Positions 57,801 to 64,000 of a stretch of DNA of 64,000 nucleotides are shown here, piece after piece. The notes beneath the pieces are model-generated. The model searched no databases and was not told where the DNA came from. It saw nothing but the letters and a program-made list of their open reading frames with translations. The position numbers and the translations under genes were made by a program. Origin of the DNA: Eledone cirrhosa. Lineage: Eukaryota. The stretch spans positions 286,254,001-286,318,000 of the forward strand of contig OZ024743.1 of the NCBI GenBank assembly GCA_964016885.1, written 5' to 3'. Position 1 is the first letter of the stretch. Each line of letters starts with the position of its first letter.

Positions 57801-60236
57801 CAAACCTCTCCGAAAAAGCACAGCAACTCCTCCACCCGATCCCGGACGGTTGGGAGATGCGTACACATCGTAGCCGCCGAAGATCGGTGCGAAGGCCCGT
57901 GCTTCGGAGATTCTGGTCTCGCTGATGGTCACTACATCTATGTTTAGTGACCTGAGGTCGTTGAGCAGGTGTTCCTGCTTCCATGACGACCCCAAGCCAC
58001 GCGCATTTATGCTGCCTATTCTGAGTGAGGTCATGTTGAAATGGAGTGGAAAAGATGGGAAAGACCACTTACCTTACTTCTCGTAGAGGAAGGACGGTTT
58101 CTCCATCCTTTTCACTGCTTGTGGCCTCCTCAGGAAGGATGTCCTTATAAATCCTCCTGGAGAGTGCTTGTCGGAAGTCTCCGATGTCTTTGGGGAATTT
58201 TTGTTCTAGTGTCATGTACGTTTTCTGTGTGATGCGAGTGATTTGTATGTGTGGAGGTGGTGTGAATTTTTGGGTTGTTGTGTAGTCTTTTTCTGTGATG
58301 CTGGTGTTGTGTTGGATGTAGTGTAATAATTGGTTGTTGTTAAAATTTAATGCTGTGTAGTGTGTATCGTTTTGGTTGTTTTGTTTTGTTTGCGTTTGTT
58401 GTGGGTTTGTTTCTGTTTCGCATTTTGGTGACTTTTGTGGTGTAGGTGATGGTGGTATTGCGGTTAATGATGGTGATGGTGTTGGTGTTTGGGGTGATGG
58501 GGTTGGTGATGCTGGTGTGGATGGTAGCATGTTTTTCCTAACTTTTTTGTTTGATAGTTTATTTGTTTCCCTCTGTATTTTGTTTTTGGAGGGGGAAGGA
58601 AGAGAATTTTTTCTTTTTTGGTTTCTTTTTTTCTTTTTTCTGATACCGTTTCCCACTCCTCGTCGTCACAATCTGTCTCCAGTTGTGATAGGCCGGGGAG
58701 TGGAAAATCCTCCACAGGCGTTAGTTTTGGTTGTGGCGTGGTGGATGGTGTAGGCGCTGGTGCTAGTTCTGAAGCGTTGGGTGGTGGTGGTGTTGGGTTT
58801 GCTACTGTTGCTGGGGTTTTGCTTCTGTTGTTGCTGCTACAGTTGTTGCTGCCATCTCTGCTGCTGGTGGTGTTGATGGTTAAGTCACTGGGGTGGGTAG
58901 GAGAGGTGGCCTCAACCTTTTAGCCTGAGGGAAGAAAGCCCTTAGGTGGGTTCCTTCACCACAAACGACACACCTAGGCCTTCTGCCCTCGACAATTACG
59001 GTGAGGTGGCTGCCGTCAGTGAGGTCTATTACCTCTGGGATCTCCTCAATGCTTTTTTGGTCAGCTTGGATCAGGAGCTCCATCCCAGATCCGGACTAGT
59101 TCTCTTGCTTTTCTTTCGCTATTGCTATTATCTTGGTGTTGGCTTCGATGCCGGCGAGGACGGCAGCTATTAGCCAGGGAATTTCGATGGCCGGTGGAAC
59201 GAGGGTAACCCTGGTCTTTACGAGTCTCTAGCCACAAAAACTGTGGACAAGTGTGAAGTCGTCACTTCTTAATGGGGACATGGAGTGTTCTCAAGCCTCC
59301 TCTGGTGTTTCAAAGAACACGTCCACGGTTCCATACTTCTGCCCACGTCTGATGTGGGTTTTTCTTGCCCACACATGTCCCAAAGCTTTTGGGATTTGGG
59401 ACTCGGATGCCCGTTCCACTCGGCGCGATTTTACATTAATTGTTCGATACGACACGGTGCATAGGCGCCGATGCTCCATTTTATTAGGTGAGGGGGTAGG
59501 GTGAGGCTGACCCTGTACCCATCTTTCTTTACCATTTTTTTGGCATCTTCTAATTCCTCCTGAGTTACCTGAAATGCTTCGCACTGTTTTGCTACTCTGG
59601 CAAAACTCAGGGTGGTTTTCTTAATGTCATTGTTGCTGTTGTTGTTATCGTTATTTTTGTTATTATTTATTTTAGTTTCAGTTGTGGTGGTGGTGGCGTC
59701 AGTGATGTTCGGTGTGGAAGAGATCATTTTGGTTGAATTCATTTCGACATCACGAGTTAATTTATTTTTTTCTTTTGTTTCTGTTGTCGCGGTGGTGGTG
59801 GGGGTGGTGGTTGTCACGGTGGTGGTGGTGGTGGCGGCTTTAATACCTGCAGTCATTGGTAATGGCGGGAAATGAATGTCTGCCTGAGACAAATTTAAAA
59901 TATAGCTACTGCTTAAATTTTTAGTGTTGGCAAACGTAGTAATATTTAGAATGGTGGTGTCGGTGTTAGGTGTTAGTTTGTGAGGAAGGCTCTCAGTTGC
60001 TTGGTGCAGAGGTGAAGCAGCCATGATTTTTTCAAAGAAAATTTTTTGATAATCATAAAAGTTTAAATTTTGGGCACAAGGCCACAATCTTTTTGGGTGT
60101 CCTTTTCGGAAAACAATGTATGTGCGCTTATATACAGTTAACAATAAAAATTTTCCATAAATGGCAATTTTTTTACAAACGAAAATAACAAACCTTTGCG
60201 GAGCTCACGATGATACGATTTACTACGTAGGTCGCC
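54893..60236 (-). mobile_element. Tx1 family F: A-like ORF2 with a different ORF1/5' UTR; degenerate, with three ORF2 deletions
   Basis: ORF2 from 58034 near-identical to A; ORF1 58069-60024 only distantly similar (CVVCGEGTHLRAF); deletions near 55320, 55491, 55722. Confidence 0.92.

Positions 60237-60290
<54 letters not shown>
60237..60290. repeat. (AAT)18 spacer/target
   Basis: Read directly. Confidence 0.97.
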
Positions 60291-60295
<5 letters not shown>

Positions 60296-62575
60296 CCAGA
60301 AGATGCTGTTTGGACAGATTGAGGGGAAAGAAAGAGGCAACGACTTGATCCCTGAGGCGGAACAAACAAAAACATTCTGGAGAGGAATATGGGAGCAGGA
60401 TGTTAGACATAATGACCAAGCAGTGTGGATTGAGACAGTACAGAAAGAGATCGGTGAGCAGGCACACCAACAAACTGATTTGAGTATCACAGTTGAAACT
60501 CTTAAGGGGCAGGCCAAAAAACTAACCAACTGGAAATCACCAGGCCCAGATGGTGTGCAGGGGTATTGGATTAAACATTTAACATCCCTCCACCCGAAAC
60601 TGACGGCCATGTTCAATGACTGCTTGGTGTCGGGTGAGGTGCCAGAGTGGTTGACAAAAGGTACCACAGTTCTGATAATGAAAGACCGAATCAAGGGTAA
60701 TGATGTTACCAACTATAAACCTATCACATGTCTGTCCGTAATGTGGAAACTGTTGACGAGCATTGTGTCTGAGGAAATCTACCATCACCTCCACACAAAC
60801 AACTTGTTACCGGACGAACAGAAAGGATGCCGAAAGAAGTCACGTGGTACAAAGGACCAGTTACTTATTGATAAGATGGTAATGGGGAATTGCAGGAGGA
60901 GACACACTGATCTTGCCATGGGATGGATAGACTACAGAAAGGCATTTGACATGGTGCCTCATTCTTGGATCACCAAAAGCCTGGAGATCTTCAAGGTGGC
61001 AGATAACATCAGACAGTTGCTGGGCAGGAGTATGGGGTCCTGGGAGACAGAGTTGACATCAACTGGAGAATCCTTGGGAAGCGTGAAGATCAAGAGAGGT
61101 ATCTTCCAGGGAGATAGCCTGTCCCCTCTGTTGTTTGTCCTTGCCCTGATGCCCTTGACCATTATGCTGCGAAAAGTGAGAGCAGGATACAAGTTGGGAA
61201 AGGGAGAGCTTACCATAAATCACCTCCTCTTCATGGACGATCTTAAGCTCTTCGGGAAGAGTGAGAAGGAGTTGGATGTGCTTGTTGACACTGTCCGTAT
61301 TTTCAGCAGTGATATATGTATGCAGTTTGGTATTAGTAAGTGTGAAGTCCTTGTGAGTAAGGAGCGTATTGATGTCACATCTGAACAGCAGAAATGCCAT
61401 AAGCGCAGTAAATTCCCGAGCTGTGTCTATTATTAGGTACAGTGCGGGAATTCTGAGATGGAATGTTGCTGAACAAAAAGAAATGGATAGGAAGACTAGG
61501 AAGCTATTGACTATCTACAACATGTTCCACAAGAGGAGTGATGTCGATAGACTCTACCTAAGGAGATCTGAGGGTGGAAGAGGTCTTATCAGCATAGAGG
61601 ACTGTGTTCAGATGGAGAAAAACAACCTATACAAATACGTGACCTATAGTAAGGAGCCAATGCTCAGAACTGTACTGAAGGAGGGGACAGTAGGCCAGGG
61701 GATGTCCAAGGAGGAAATAACATCAAGGAGGAAGAGCAGTCTTAAGGGAAAATCCCTTCATAGTACCTTCTTTGAGAAAACTGAATTTAGAGATCCACAG
61801 ACATGGAACTGGTTGAGAAGAGGAGACCTCAAAAAGGCTACAGAAGGAATGTTAATGGCTGCGCAGGAGCAAGCCCTCAAAACGAAGTGGTTGAAACACC
61901 ATATTTACAAGGAGGAGGCTAGCCCACTGTGCAGGATCTGTGGAGAGAGAGAGGAGACTGTGGCTCACATTGTATCCGAGTGTAAACACCTAGCCCAGAC
62001 CCACTATAAGGGCTGGAGACATGATGTGATGGGCATGGTGATCCACTGGCACCTGTGCAAAGTAAACAATTTTCCACATTCTGAGAAATGGTATGAGCAT
62101 AGGCGAGAGGCGGTGATGGAGAACGATCAGGTGAAGGTGCTGTGGGATTTTAGGATACAGACGGACAAGAAACTGGAACACAATAGACCTGACCTGGTGG
62201 TTGTGGACAAACAAAAAAGATCGTGCCTGATTGTGGATGTGGCCTGCCCATTCGACACGAGAGTGCAAGAGAAGGAGAGGGAGAAAATTAACCGATACCA
62301 GGACTTAAAGTGGGAGGTAAAAAGGATTTGGAACTGCCATGAAGTCAAAGTGATCCCGATTGTCATAGGCGCACTGGGGACTATCTCCAAAAGTTTCCAG
62401 GGATGGTTAAAGAAAATCGGCCCCTTCACGCTTTTTGGAACGCTTCAAAAGGCATGCTTGCTGGGAACAGCAAGAACCCTCCGATACGTCCTGAATATCT
62501 GAGGCTGCAGGTAGTGGCTTGATATTCATTCCAACGGACTTACCAGTTAACCAACATCAATGACTGAGATTCAAG

Positions 62576-62576
<1 letters not shown>
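60291..62576 (+). mobile_element. Family E copy, 5'-truncated, internal deletion near 61355
   Basis: ORFs 60303-61436 and 61369-62502; lacks the segment equal to about 45634-45800. Confidence 0.93.

Positions 62577-62651
<75 letters not shown>
62577..62651. repeat. (AAT)25 spacer/target
   Basis: Read directly. Confidence 0.97.
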
Positions 62652-62652
<1 letters not shown>

Positions 62653-64000
62653 GACAGACAAATGAAAGATACAGCTCACCTTGAGGAACAAATATGGGAA
62701 AATATAACAGTTGAACCGTTGCGCTTGGCTCTAAGAAAAACCAGCAAATTGAAATCCCCAGGAAAAGACAAAATACAAAAGTTTTGGATAAATGCCTTCT
62801 CAGAGTCTCATGAGCTGTTAGCCCAACTTTACAATGAAATAGTTAAGGAGCCAGAAAAGATACTATCATGGCTAGTTAACGGCATTACATTCCTGCTTCC
62901 GAAGAATGATGAGACAAACAATCCCAAAATTACAGACCGATAACTTGCTTGACCACAATGTATAACATTTTAACATCAGTCCTAACTGAATATACATATG
63001 ACCACCTGATAACAAATGACCTATTTTCTATTGACCAGAAAGGGTGTAAACGAGGCTCATATGGCTGTAAGGATCAGCTTTTGGTTAACAAAATGATACT
63101 GGAAGATTGTCATAATAGACACAAAAATTTATCAATTGCTTGGATAGATTATAAAAAAGCATTCGATAGTTTGCCACACAGTTGGATTGAAAAATGTTTA
63201 GAGATTTTCAAAATATCCCCCGTTGTCAGGAGGTTTTTGTCATTCAGTATGAAGACATGGAAAACGACACTCCTTTTGAATAGTGAAACAAAATCACTGG
63301 AAGCTGGAGAAGTTAATATTAATTGTGGAATTTTTCAGGGTGACTCTTTATCACCGCTTTTATTCTGCATCGCACTTATACCATTAAGTAAAATGCTCAA
63401 TGAAACAAAACATGGATATAAAGTCTATGACAAAACCATTAATCACTTGTTCTACATGGATGACCTGAAACTATTTGCAAAAAATGATGAACAATTGCAA
63501 GGGCTATTATCCACTGTGGAGCGGTTCAGTGATGACATTAAAATGGAGTTTGGACTAGATAAATGCGCCAAAGCAACGTTCACCAGAGGAAAGCTGCTGA
63601 AGAGTTCAGACATTAATCTTGATCGGGGGAACGTGATAAGAGAACTTGATCAAGAAAAAACTTACAAATATCTAGGTGTTTGTGAAGGAGACGGAATCAA
63701 GCACTCGACAATGAGGGAAAGGATAAGGAAGGAATGTTACCGCAGAGTAAGAGCAATCTTAAGAACGGAATTGAATGCAAGGAATAGGATCGATGCCATA
63801 AACACGCTTGCCATACCAGTAGTAACCTACAGTTACAATGTCATCAACTGTCAAGCACAGAGATCCGTAGGCTCGATACAAAAATTAGAAAATTCTTAAC
63901 CATGCACAGAATGCATCACCCTAAGGCAGATACAGATATAATATATCTCCCTATGAAAGAAGGAGGACGTGGGTTAATCCAGTTAGATATTGCGTTGAAA
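62650..64000 (+). mobile_element. Family C copy 2, 5'-truncated, runs off the window
   Basis: Colinear with 10049 onward; YMDD; frameshifts. Confidence 0.93.

Noticed and set aside
44626-62651. Repeat-spacer pattern suggestive of a CRISPR or cassette array
   Set aside because: The repeats are variable-length microsatellites and the spacers are retrotransposons; no cas or integrase genes

Overview
Eukaryotic, transposon-saturated genomic DNA. No complete host gene is visible. The tRNA-derived SINEs resemble octopus SINEs, so a cephalopod source is likely (inference). Most of the window is four clusters of non-LTR retrotransposons separated only by (AAT)n tracts: about 1-18.9, 19.9-26, 26.8-33.1 and 44.6-64 kb. 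There are 10 copies or fragments of Tx1/L1-type elements (ORF1 + APE-RT; families called A, B, D, F here), all on the minus strand. There are 8 copies or fragments of R4/Dong-type elements (RT + restriction-like endonuclease; families C, E), all on the plus strand. One Tx1 copy (47939-53965) has both ORFs intact. The 33-44 kb interval holds MITEs, SINEs, RTE fragments, a (CATA)n-associated RLE family and two Penelope-like elements, one with a minimal hammerhead ribozyme. Highlights: (1) a GTAAGT 5' splice-site motif overlaps the ORF1 stop in all four Tx1 families; in families A and F it is in frame with an acceptor just inside ORF2, and family A also has a strong acceptor in the 3' UTR; (2) two unrelated endonuclease classes share one microsatellite with a strict opposite-strand rule; (3) a SINE's tail and target match the ATT-targeting Tx1 elements. 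Family letters are my own labels and all comparisons were made by eye.
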